A stretch of DNA of 64,000 bases. Origin: Rikenellaceae bacterium. Lineage in GTDB: Bacteria; Bacteroidota; Bacteroidia; Bacteroidales; Rikenellaceae. The DNA is taken from the NCBI GenBank assembly GCA_017935625.1, contig JAGBHC010000027.1, forward strand, positions 17,913 to 81,912. The letters run 5' to 3'. The translations under genes and the position numbers were made by a program. Of the stretch, positions 63,758 to 64,000 are shown one piece after another. Position 1 is the first letter of the stretch; every line of letters begins with the position of its first letter. The notes beneath the pieces were generated by a model. The model had not been told where the DNA came from. It saw only the letters and a program-made list of their open reading frames with translations, and searched no databases.

Positions 63758-64000
63758 ATGTCTTTCAACTCGTGGCCATTCGCCGTCTTTCTGCCCGTCA
63801 CCTTCCTGCTCTACTGGTTCGTATTCCAGCGGCGGGTGCGCTGGCAGAATCTCTTCGTCGTCGCAGCCAGCTACCTGTTCTACGGCTGGTGGGACTGGCG
63901 CTTTCTGCTGCTCATCGCCTTCACCTCGGGCTGCTGCTACCTGAGCGGCCTGGGCATCGAACGCTATGCCCGCCACGCCAGACTCATCAACGCCGCCAAC
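63758..64000 (+). CDS. MBOAT-family O-acyltransferase (AlgI/DltB-like), N-terminal part (3' end outside window)
   Basis: ATG at 63758 and open to the window end. MSFNSWPFAVFLPVTFLLYWFVFQRRVRWQNLFVVAASYLFYGWWDWRFLLLI is a typical MBOAT N-terminus. Confidence 0.7.
   Translation, partial: MSFNSWPFAVFLPVTFLLYWFVFQRRVRWQNLFVVAASYLFYGWWDWRFLLLIAFTSGCCYLSGLGIERYARHARLINAAN

Overview
High-GC Bacteroidales-type chromosomal segment. It has SusC/SusD genes, perfect TAnnTTTG -7 promoter boxes and no Shine-Dalgarno signals. Assigning it to Rikenellaceae/Alistipes is my inference only. Most of the window is housekeeping: clpC, birA, dapD, lysC, gpmA, ffh, trxA, lolD, folP, coaE, ruvA, a PiT phosphate transporter, ridA, nspC with carboxynorspermidine synthase, and tRNA-Ser. 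It also holds an ECF sigma module, a Czc/Cus-type RND metal efflux operon, a secreted choloylglycine hydrolase, an AraC regulator with an orphan SusC/SusD pair, and a zeta-toxin-like kinase in a small low-GC patch next to tRNA-Ser. The stand-out is a compact same-strand locus at about 45.2-57.7 kb. It encodes a TonB-dependent receptor, a lipoprotein with a lamin-tail-like half and an outer-membrane beta-barrel. These are followed by three tandem diverged paralogues of about 727 aa, each made of a signal peptide, a gingipain(C25)-fold domain with conserved His/Cys motifs, and a HEAT-like repeat domain. I know of no characterised system with this composition. The intergenic DNA is also unusual: several tandem repeat arrays (38, 45 and 81-82 bp, plus a 143-bp pair), two of them carrying promoter boxes, and long strand-asymmetric low-complexity tracts. 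All calls come from reading the translations and the DNA by eye. No database search was run.
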